Notes under the pieces: model-generated | Database searches by the model: none | The model's input: only the letters and a program-made list of their open reading frames with translations | What the model was told of the DNA's origin: nothing | Shown: piece after piece, positions 41,850 to 52,178 of the stretch | Position numbering within the stretch: position 1 is the first letter of the stretch | How the letters are laid out: each line of letters opens with the position of its first letter | Source: Octopus sinensis | Taxonomy: Eukaryota | Assembly (NCBI RefSeq): GCF_006345805.1 | Contig: NC_043011.1 | Location: 53,332,464 to 53,396,463 of the forward strand | Direction: 5' to 3' | Length of the DNA stretch: 64,000 nucleotides | Made by a program: the position numbers and the translations under genes

Positions 41850-42558
41850 GTACATGGGTACTACGGAGGATGGTTATACATAAAGGTGTATTGTGTTCAG
41901 TTATTGACTTAAGCCTTCTTTGAGTCAAAATTTCATGGGCATGTGAAACACGTGAATAATCATTCAAACATTTGCCATGAATGAAATTTTAGCCATTTTT
42001 GACTTGAAGGCTAGGTTGCCATAAATGAGATTTTAGCCACATATGACATGATAGGTAGGTCATTGGTAAGCTTGATTCCTATTGGTTGATTCCTATTGGT
42101 TTCTCACCAAAGTTGCTCCTATTGACCCCCTGTACTGTACCACTTTATTGAAAACCTTCTGCCGGAGAACAAGCTGGAGATTCTATTTATACCTGTTATA
42201 AGGGCCTTAATCATAAATGGGGATGGATGGCTTTCTTATTGATATATATTGTCTTTCCAGTTTCATTCCTGAATGGTAATGTCTACCTGTCTTCTGAGCT
42301 AAGGTAATATAATATCATTATTGTTAGGTTTGGAGTAGTTATATTTAAGCCAAATTCCTTGAATATATTTTTCAAGTCATTTTTATCTTTCTGGTTAGAT
42401 TAATGGAACTTTTGTGCCATTGTAATTAAGTGATTCCACTGAACTGTAAAGAAAGCCCTCTGCAAATTCACTCAATTTTATATCACTGTCAGAATTCCTT
42501 CTCTTGTAAGTCTAGACTTCATGAAGCAATTTACAATGATGAACAACCTTGATATCAG
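41850..42558 (-). mobile_element. Decayed Penelope-like element RT fragment
   Basis: KNDLKNIFKEFGLNIT..., TIYINKKAIHP and IKALITGINRISSL resemble the PLE RT/thumb. Many stops and frameshifts. Confidence 0.55.
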
Positions 42559-42589
42559 AATAATAATAATAATAATAATTAAATACCAA

Positions 42590-42905
42590 AAGGTGGATGT
42601 TATATCACAATGGCTTCTACTGAGTCATAAAATATAAAGACCTACTGTTCGATGTCTCCATGGGAAGCTGTGACAGGACAAAAGTGGCTGGACTTACAGG
42701 TTTACTTATTGTTGATATTCATAAGCGAATCTCATATCATATCATATCTCAGGTTTGTTGAGTGAGTGCGGAATGGCTTGGTAATATCAAACAACATGAA
42801 CGGTTATACCATGGATAAATTCAGAAATGACTTGACAGGAATATTCAAAAAATTTGCTACCAAATAATAGCTAACTTCTCAGATAACACATTAGATCTGG
42901 AGATT
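42590..42905 (+). mobile_element. Decayed Penelope-like element RT fragment, opposite orientation
   Basis: LFDVSMGSCDRTKVAGLTGLL (from 42648), NGLVISNNMNGYTMDKFRNDLTGIFKKF and NFSDNTLDL match PLE RT motifs (FDVxMGSxDGAE, DGL, NFLDVTLDL). Confidence 0.6.
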
Positions 42906-43049
42906 TGGCTGCTATTTCTTGCAAGTTGAGTGACTACACTAAGGCTCTTTCACTGCTAGATTGAACATAAGTTTACTGCTGTGTATAGTTCAGGTATTAG
43001 AATAGGTACACTGACCTCTGCATATCATAAATGTGGGTACTGGGAAAGA

Positions 43050-43690
43050 CATTCAACAATTCCTCAAAAAGTTCCATCAACCCATTATCATCCTCATTAT
43101 TATCATCATATATCATACGCCTGTTGCACATTGACAATACAACAATGAAATTCTTCCCAAGTAAGCACAAGTTCTCCAGTTGCCTGGCCACTCTTGTCCA
43201 ACCAGCTCAAGATATTGTCCAACCATTACATTCTTTGCCTGCCTTTTGATCCACCACTCCCCACTCTTCCTTCCATGATAATCTATTCCAGACCTCTGTT
43301 TCTTTTAATATGGCCTTAATAGATGAGCTTTTGTTTTTTGCACAATGTTCAGCAGTTGTCGTCTTTCACCTACTTGTTATAATACCTACTCATTTGTCCA
43401 ATTGACTCATGACATTCTTCTATACTCCCACATTTCAAATGCATTGATTATATTCTCTTCAAATTTATTCAGGGTCCATGCCTCAAAAGCGTAGATGCTT
43501 ATTGGCCAAATGAGAGCTTGTACAGGCCTTGTTTTTAACTGAGAAGGGACACTTTTACTATTCCAGATTCTATCAAGCTTCTCCATGGATGTTCTTACCA
43601 TGGCTTGTCAAGTCCTAATTTCTTTCTTAACATGTGACATCATCAAAGACTTGGGTTTCCAAGATACTTGTACAATTTGACCTGTTCATG
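43050..43690 (-). mobile_element. RTE-like LINE 3' fragment
   Basis: YKYLG motif, then ORF 43407-43601 (LDRIWNSKSVPSQLKTRPVQALIWPISIYAFEAWTL...NAFEMWEYRRM), typical of the RTE ORF2 C-terminus. Confidence 0.7.
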
Positions 43691-45256
43691 CCGGCATGAA
43701 TAGTGAGCATTAAAAAAAAACTATACAAATACACAGGAGTGCCTGTGTGGTAAGTAGCTTGCTTACCAACCACATGGTCCTGGGTTCAGTCCCACTGTGT
43801 GGCACCATGAGCAAGTGTCTTCTACTATAGCCTCGGGCTGACCAAAGCCTTGTGAGTGGATCTGGTAGACAGAAACTGAAAGAAGCCCATTGTATATATA
43901 TATATGTATGTATGTATGTATGTGTGTGTATATGTTTCTGTGTGCGTGTGTCCCCAACATCGCTTGACAACCGATGCTGGTGTGTTTACGTCCCCGTAAC
44001 TTAGCGGTTCGGCAAAAGAGACCGATAGAATAAGTACTAGGCTTACAAAGAATAAGTCCTGGGGTCGATTTGTTCAACTAAAGGCAGTACTCCAGCATGG
44101 CCACAGTCAAAATGACCGAAACAAGTAAAAGAGAGTAAAAGAGAATAATGACAATGACGACGATAATGGTTGTAGTGTTGTTGGTGGTGGTGGTGGTGGT
44201 GGTCATGGTGGTGGCAGTGTTGATGCTAGTGGTATTGTGATGGCTTACGAGGTTGGATTGTCTCCATTGCATAATGCTATATTTGTGCTGTAAGTGTTGC
44301 CACCAATCACTGCTACAGTGATCAACTCTTTGATTAGTTTGATTAAGTAATTGTGAAAGTAAATCTATTTCCATTCTAAAGTAAAAATATTTGTATTGCA
44401 ACTATTTCCGATTCTGTTCTGGCTTTTGTGCTAAGAACAAAACAAAACAAAAAACAAATTTCTTTGAAATCTTTGTAATGACAAAGTTTTTACATTGTAA
44501 GTAATGATTACTCCCTATCATCATATTCTATTCAGATAATAGATACTAGCATTCAGAAAGACTTCCGTTTCGCAATAATAAATGCCTTGTGTGTGTGTTT
44601 GAAACAGGATCTGAGAACAATCTGTCTAATTAATGGACTTATGATCATTACAATCTTGAAATTTGAATGTCATTTCAATCAAGACTTGTGAAGATAAACA
44701 GCTGAGAACAAGCAGTAGAACATGATTATCCGGGAGATTATAACAGAATGCTACAATGGTATAATTGGTCTGCTACTGAATTATAAAACGTCAGAGTTAA
44801 GAGTTCAGACTTCATGGCAAACATGGCTTCCAGTTCAATCCCACAGATATGGCACCCTTGGGTAAAATGTCTTCTGCTATAGTCGCAGGATCTACCAAAG
44901 CTTTGAGTGAGTTTGATAGACGCAAACTGAAAGACACTAAAATAATAATAGTAATAATAATAATAATAAAGCTGTATATTATATACATATATATATAGGT
45001 ATGTACATATATGTATGTATATAATGCATATATTTATATATTATTTATATTATTATACGATCGAATGCTATGCATCTAATTTCCAAGTAAATTTTATTTA
45101 TTTATCTATCTATCTATCTATAAATATATATATATATTTCACGTGATCACGTGACCGACCAGACCATCAGATGTTGTTACACATCGCTGGTCACAATGCG
45201 TTCACATTGTTTTTAGCCTTTGAATGATGCCACCATGCTGGCTAAGCAAGCAGGCC

Positions 45257-45291
<35 letters not shown>

Positions 45292-45547
45292 AATATACAT
45301 ACATGTATACATACAAACATACATACATACATACATAATACATACATATATAGTGAGAATTTACAAAAAAAACAAAAGACAAAAACGGGTGTGTAAACAA
45401 CAAACAGATGTATTAGTTTAACACTCGGGAAGTGAGAAAGTCTTTTATGTTTTGAGCCTATGCTCTTTAACAGAAAGGAACACAGAAATAAACAGGGAGA
45501 GAAAATAGAAAATAGAAAAGGCTTTAGTGGCTAGCGATCTATCATGG

Positions 45548-45585
<38 letters not shown>

Positions 45586-47392
45586 CATACATAGATACAT
45601 GTGTGTGTGTGTGTGTGTGTGTGCGCGCACACGCCCACATGCATTTAAAACAAGGGCTGATGGTTCTCAGTCAACTAACAGTAATAGTGATGTAATTTGG
45701 TATTTGATTGACTGTTTGCCAATATTAAATAATATCCTCAATTTTTAGGTGTTTCTGTAAGTTTTTATGTCAATCTCCTTTCGTTTGAAAGATGTACCAT
45801 ATTTACTTGTGTACAAATCACACTATTTTGTACTTGATTTCAAATGAAAATAAAGCTAGGGTGTGAATTATACACACAGCAAAGCCAAAACTATGAATGT
45901 GTGACAAACATCTGTATCGAAGTTCAACTCTAAATTAGGAGTGCAACTTATAAATGAGCGCAACATACACACAGGTAAATATGGTATGTTTTTATGTGTT
46001 CCGAGCACGCAGTTCTTGTGCACATACCAATTATCTCCCTGCAACACTCAGGGCTAATAGGATTAAACAACAGAACAGATCCTGAAGAAACAGAATAAAT
46101 TCTGAACTGGACAACAGTTCTAATCTTGAATAACAGATCAGATTGCACGCAGCAGAACAGATCCCAAAGTACAAAGCATAACCTGAACATAATAGCTCGG
46201 TCTTAAATATTGTATCAGATTCTGAATAACAAATTTGATTCTGAATAACCAGTCAAATCCAGAGCAACAAATCACTCCTAAATATACCCATTAGATTCTG
46301 GATAAGAGATAATCTAAATGATCCCTACATAATAATAACTTATTATCTGATAGTTTCTGAACCTTAAATAATACCTTTTAAACAATGTTAAAAAAAAAAA
46401 GCAAAACAAAATAGAAATTTAGAATAGGTGTTGGAAGTTTGAACATGCAAGGGCTTTTGAATTGTCGAGGGAGTGATGAGAGATAGCTAAAACAAAAGCA
46501 TGGTTTACTGTGAGGTAAATCTCTCTTTGTTGTGCAGTAATGTCTTCCAATTAAACTTCAAGCACCAAAGCTTCTGAGCTTCCTTCAGGGAAGATACATT
46601 AATATGAAAATTACAGCTTTGATTGTATAAGCTCTATGTTGTCAGATGATTGCACAGGTAGACAAAGTGGTTTCCTCCCTCTCGTACTGGATCTAATCAG
46701 AAGCTATCAGTGCAATTATTTGTTGTTGCGGAGTAATGAAGCCATCACAGGGGATCAATTAACACTTAGAGAGAAAGAATCCTAGCAATAAAAGCTGTCC
46801 TTCCAGAATGATCTTTCTAAACAGCATCAATATTAAGCTGGCTCCAATTCAATAAAGAATTATCAGCCATCTGTAAAATGATAACAGAGAATAAATACTC
46901 TCCATATCGGTGACCAGTTAAAGTAGGTAGGTTTTGGTGCACTTATTAAATTGCTATTTAATCAATACGTCCATTGTGAGAATGGTCAGTAGGTCTTTGG
47001 CACAAAATACAGTAGCATGGTGACAAAATCAACAACAAAAGCAACAACAACAATGGTAACAACGACAACAACAACAACACCATTCTGTATAATGTAATTT
47101 CAAAACTTAGCTATCCCCTCCCCAGCACCTGCCTGCTTTATCTTATTGCTTTGGTTTAGAAATGAAACTTTAGACATGATATTTATCATTGGGGAAAGCA
47201 TGAACATCACAACATCTACTTATCAGTCCACTATGTAAATCGGAAATGTTGTACTACTTATGAAACCTGTCTCTTCGGCATCATTTATCATCATCATTAT
47301 CATCATCGTCATCATCATCGTTGACCTTGTCATCAGTGTCATCATTATCATCGTCGTCATCATCATCGTTGACCTTGTCATCATTATCATTG

Positions 47393-47437
<45 letters not shown>

Positions 47438-48182
47438 CCACCTCAACCATCACTTACACTGCTAACATAACATTGCTAACAAACACTACATCACCACCAC
47501 AACCAAGCCATCATCATCATCAACATTATCATCATCACCGCCACCACCACTACCACCACCAAGCCATCATCATCAACATTATCACCACCACCACCACCAC
47601 CACCACCACCACCACTATCACCACCACCACCAAGCCATCATCATCATCAACATTATCATCATCCCCACCACCACCACCACCACGACTATCATTATTATCA
47701 TCGTCGTCTTCATTATCACCACCACCACCATCATTGTCATCATCATCATCATCATCAATATCATCATCATTATCATCAACATCCTTGTAGCCGTCATCTT
47801 ACTGTTCTTTACCATGTCTGGTTAATTTTCCATAAATCGATTCTGGATAAACTCCCACTGTTTTTGTAATTAGTTCAAGTAATGTCCCCTTCATTCGTCA
47901 CCCTTGTGGCAAATAAAACAACTAACAGCAGTAATTATTATTATTAAATCAATAATGGTGGTTGACTGATGGAATTATTAGACCATCAGACGAAATGCCT
48001 GGCAGTATTTCTTCTGAGTTTTTACATTCCTAGTTCAAATCTTGCCATGGTCAACTTTGCCTTTCATTCTTTCAGGGCTGATAAAATAAAGTACCAGCTG
48101 AATGCTGAAGTACATGTAATCAGCTAACCCCTCCCTTCAAAATTTTGGGATTTGTGCCTATAGGTTATTATTATTATTATTA

Positions 48183-48242
<60 letters not shown>

Positions 48243-48245
<3 letters not shown>

Positions 48246-48618
48246 TAGTTTTATTTTTATAGCGTGCTTTCACTTCACTACCGAGCGCAGCTCTGTGTGC
48301 CTTAGGTATGTGCTGTGATTTGTTGTGATGCTCTGATGGTTATTGTATGGAAAGTGTTCTGCGTAGAATGTGTGCAGTGCCTAGTAGTGCAATTTTCTGT
48401 ATGTTATATGTGTTTGTAAGTCCTGGTGTTTTTGTTATGTATTTGTCTGAATATTTTTTTATCATGCCTAATGCACCTACTATGATAGGAATTGTTTCTG
48501 TTTTCAGATTCCACATTCTGGTTACCTCTATTTCCAGGTCTTTGTATTTTGAGAGTTTCTCCATTTCTTTTAGAGACACGTTGTCATCTGCTGGTATTGA
48601 TACATCAATTAGAAAGCA

Positions 48619-48627
<9 letters not shown>
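48243..48627 (-). mobile_element. R4/Dong-clade non-LTR retrotransposon 3' fragment (restriction-like endonuclease)
   Basis: KKCFLIDVSIPADDNVSLKEMEKLSKYKDLEIEVTRMW...IIVGALG...IQKIALLGTAHILRRTLSIQ*, then a 3' UTR. (TAA)n arrays flank both sides. Confidence 0.85.
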
Positions 48628-48660
<33 letters not shown>

Positions 48661-48679
48661 CATCATCATCATCATTACG

Positions 48680-48900
48680 GCGATGAGCTGGCAGAAATGT
48701 TAGCACGCCGGGTGAAATGCTTAGCAGTATTTCTGAGTTCAAATTCTGCCAAGGTCGACTTTGCCTTTCATCCTTTCGGGGGTCGATTAATTAAGTACCA
48801 GTTACGCACTGGGGTCAATATAATCGACTTAATCCGTTTGTCTGTCCTTGTTTGTCCCCTCTGTGTTTAGCCGCTTGTGGGTAGTAAAGAAATAGGTATT
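48680..48900 (+). mobile_element. SINE family B (GGCGGCGAGCTGGCAG head, GAGTTCAAATTCC B box)
   Basis: Homologous copies at about 21425-21660, 29020-29250, 35845-36080, 39596-39823, 49936-50140, 56353-56590 and 63220-63430. Confidence 0.85.
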
Positions 48901-49476
48901 TTGTCTGCCGCTACGTTCTGAGTTCATCCTTTTAGGGTTCGATAAATTGCCTTTCGTCCTTTGGGGTCAATAAATTAAGTACCAGTGAGACACTGGGATC
49001 AATGTAATCGACTATCCCACTCCCCCAAATTCCAGGCCTTATGCCTATAGTAGAAAGTATTATTATAGGCGCAGGAGTGGCCGTATGGTAAGTAGCTTGT
49101 TTACCAACCACATGGTTCCAGGTTCAGTCCCACTGCGTGGCACCTTCGGCAAGTGTCTTCTACTATAGCCTCGGGCCGACCAAAACCTTGTGAGTGGATT
49201 TGGTAGACGGAAACTGAAAGAAGCCCATCGTATATATGTATATATATGCGTGTATGTGTTTGTGTGTCTGTGTTTGTCCCCCTAGCATTGCTTGACAACC
49301 GATGCTGGTATGCTTATGTCCCCATTACTTAGCGGTTCGGCAAAAGAGACCGATAGAATAAGTACTGGGCTTACAAAAGAATAAGTCCCAGGGTCGAGTT
49401 GCTCGATTAAAGGCGGTGCTCCAGCATGGCTGCAGTCAAATGACTGAAACAAATAAAAGAGTAAAAGAATAAAAGA

Positions 49477-49527
<51 letters not shown>

Positions 49528-50875
49528 GCCATTGTCCAACATTTGGTAGTCTCAGGCAAATTTCTACTGCATCACCTGCTACAACTCCACGTTGCTTGGG
49601 TGTGTGCAGCAATGTGTTGTCTTTTTGTTGTTGTTGGGAGTGTGCAAACTTTTCCTGGTATCATATTGCATCAGTTTCCTTTTTTTTTTTTTTATGGGGT
49701 GCGATGCAGTCTTTCGTTGTATTACTGTTTGTATTGTGTGTTGTGTGTATCATGCGTTGGATACATAGTCTGTTGGTGGTAATTTATTTCATTGGATATT
49801 TGCTATAATGAGTCTGTCTCATGTTTGTGGATCGTTTTCTTTAGGTTGTATTACTGAATTGATAGTGTCTTGCATAGGATGTGGGCTGCTCCTCGCAGGG
49901 TTATTTTTCTGGATAGTAAGTAGTGTTGAGGATAAAGGCGGCGAGCTGCCAGAAACGTTAGCACGATGGGTGAAATGCTTGGTGGTATTTCGTTTGTCTT
50001 CATGTTCTGAGTTCAAATTCCGCCAAGGTTGATTTTGCCTTTCATCCTTTCGGGGTCGATTAAAGAAGTACCAATTACACACTGGAGTCGGTGTAATCGA
50101 CTTAATCCCTTTGTCTGTCCTTGTTTGTCCTCTCTATGTTTCTTCTTTTTCTTCATAGTTGTTAGGGGTACTATGACTTCTTTTTGGTATTTGTCAGCTT
50201 CCTCAAACACTGAAAACAGTTTTTTGTTTTGTTTGTGTTTTGTGGCTATTTTTATTATCTTTCTTTGCTTCTGTAGTAGATATTTCTGTACTGCTATGGT
50301 GATTATTTTGCAATAGTTTTCTAGCTGTATAAGGCCTCCACTACCTTCAATATGTTGTACATATAAGCTTTCTATGTCAAATTTTGGGTGGAGCATCCAA
50401 AACCCTGTCATTATTTTTTTTGTTTTCCTGTCTATTTTCATTAGTTCATTTAGAGTCCAGTTAAGAATATTGTAGCAATAACTTATAACTGGGACGACTA
50501 GAGTGTTGATACCTATTATCTTGTTTTTCACATTGAGCTCTGTTTTCAGTATTAATCTAACTCATCTATGATATTCTTTTCTTATCTTCTCTTTCATTTG
50601 TGTGAGTTTTGTATTGTATCTAGTTCATTGATTCCTAAGTATTTGTATGTCTGGCTTTGGTCTAATTGTCTTATTTCATTTGCTTTATCTACTCTGATGT
50701 TGCTACTCTTAACTAGTATTCCTCTTTTCAAGGTTGCTTTGGCACATTTTTCTCAGCCAAATTTCATGTTTATTTCTATGGTGAATCCATTATGTCTGTA
50801 GTAATATTTCCAGCTGTTTATCAATTGTAGTGCACCGTTTTAGATCATAAGAGGTGGCTGATTGCTTTGCTGTAA
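49528..50875 (-). mobile_element. Second, decayed R4/Dong-clade element (RT fragment plus C-terminus), interrupted by a SINE
   Basis: MKFG*EKCAKATLKRG, YKYLGI and NKIIGINTLVVPVISY...DRKTKK...LHPK motifs. C-terminal KITLRGAAHILCKTLSIQ* with stop at 49851-49853. (TAA)n on both flanks. SINE at about 49936-50140. Confidence 0.75.
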
Positions 50876-50910
50876 CAGTTGTATCAAAGTTGTATTATTA
50901 TTATTATTAA

Positions 50911-50942
<32 letters not shown>

Positions 50943-51092
50943 TATATTATTATTACCATCATCATCATCATCATCATCATCATATTATTATTATTATTAT
51001 TATTACTATTATTATAATTATTATTAATTATTTAATTATTATTATTATTATTATATTATTTTTAAGGTGGCAAGCTAACAGAATGATTGAAC

Positions 51093-51119
<27 letters not shown>

Positions 51120-51123
<4 letters not shown>

Positions 51124-51319
51124 ATAGGAAAGAATGGAGCTGAACGAAGATTTAACAAAATTCCTTTATTTTATTTTTGACATATGTTTCGAAGTCTGCA
51201 AAGTCCCTAATTCCGAATGGATAAGGAGTCCATTATGCAGCTTTCTCTTCAGGAAATGTCAAAAATAAAATAAAGGAATTTTGTTAAATCTTTGTTCAGC
51301 TCCATTCTTTCCTATACTT
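51120..51319. repeat. Inverted repeat with 64-bp arms and 72-bp spacer
   Basis: 51120-51183 vs 51256-51319, one G.T mismatch. The spacer holds the hammerhead core. Confidence 0.9.
51175..51256 (-). ncRNA. Type I hammerhead-like motif with 55-nt extended helix II
   Basis: Minus strand: TTTC / CTGAAGA / GAA-AG-CTGCA...TGCAG-AC-TTC / GAA / ACATATGT / C / AAAA. GUC triplet. Helix I is weak and starts with a C.A mismatch. Confidence 0.55.
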
Positions 51320-51508
51320 AATATATTAAACTTCAAATTTCCGCACTAAGGCATGGAGTTTATGCCCTATGGTCGTAACTTCAACCGTGCTTTTTCTGTT
51401 GTGAGTTTGCTACCCAGGTATCGGTTATCTTTCAAATTATCCGTAATAAGATAATTCATTTGTCTACTTAAATAATATATATATATATATATACATAATA
51501 TACATATA

Positions 51509-51595
<87 letters not shown>

Positions 51596-51724
51596 ATTAT
51601 ATATAGAGGGCATTATTATACATACATGCCACATGCTAAGAGGGACAAAATTAGTCATTTCTACCAAAAATTTTACTAATCCAACCAAATGCAATTTTTC
51701 AAAGTAAGACATTTAAAAAATATG

Positions 51725-51771
51725 GACTTGTATCACCTGTGATTTCATACCTCTGTATTCATCAGCAAGTC
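51725..51771 (-). ncRNA. Canonical type I hammerhead ribozyme motif (left arm of palindrome)
   Basis: Exact reverse complement of 51851-51897. Confidence 0.8.
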
Positions 51772-51850
51772 TGGACGTATCATAAATAAACGACCCTACA
51801 TCGTCAAAGCCGCTTTGACGATGTAGGGTCGTTTATTTATGATACGTCCA

Positions 51851-51897
51851 GACTTGCTGATGAATACAGAGGTATGAAATCACAGGTGATACAAGTC
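51851..51897 (+). ncRNA. Canonical type I hammerhead ribozyme motif (right arm of palindrome)
   Basis: GACTTG / CTGATGA / ATAC-agag-GTAT / GAA / ATCAC-ag-GTGAT / A / CAAGTC. All core nucleotides are intact, AUA triplet, cut after 51891. Confidence 0.8.
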
Positions 51898-52144
51898 CAT
51901 ATTTTTTAAATGTCTTACTTTGAAAAATTGCATTTGGTTGGATTAGTAAAATTTTTGGTAGAAATGACTAATTTTGTCCCTCTTAGCGTGTGGCATGTAT
52001 GTATAATAATGCCCTCTATATATAATTAATATGTTCAATGAGAAAGAATTATTTTCGAAATTTTTTCTCTTATGAGGTTTTTCACGCTATCTACCCGATA
52101 ATTTCTTGTTAAGTTCTCCTTATTAAGAAGTTGTCCTTAATTGC

Positions 52145-52178
<34 letters not shown>

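Larger units (their letters stand above)
51594..52028. repeat. 435-bp near-perfect palindrome (217-bp arms, 1-nt spacer)
   Basis: 51594-51810 is the reverse complement of 51812-52028, centred on C51811. There is one mismatch (T51634/G51988). Confidence 0.95.

Noticed and set aside
45140-45256. HDV-like ribozyme interpretation (GGCTAAG end)
   Set aside because: GGCTAA pairs locally with TTAGCC, and no P1/P1.1/P3 nested pseudoknot could be built.
46082-46115. CTGAAGA followed by a short hairpin
   Set aside because: No GAAA/helix III/NUH arrangement.
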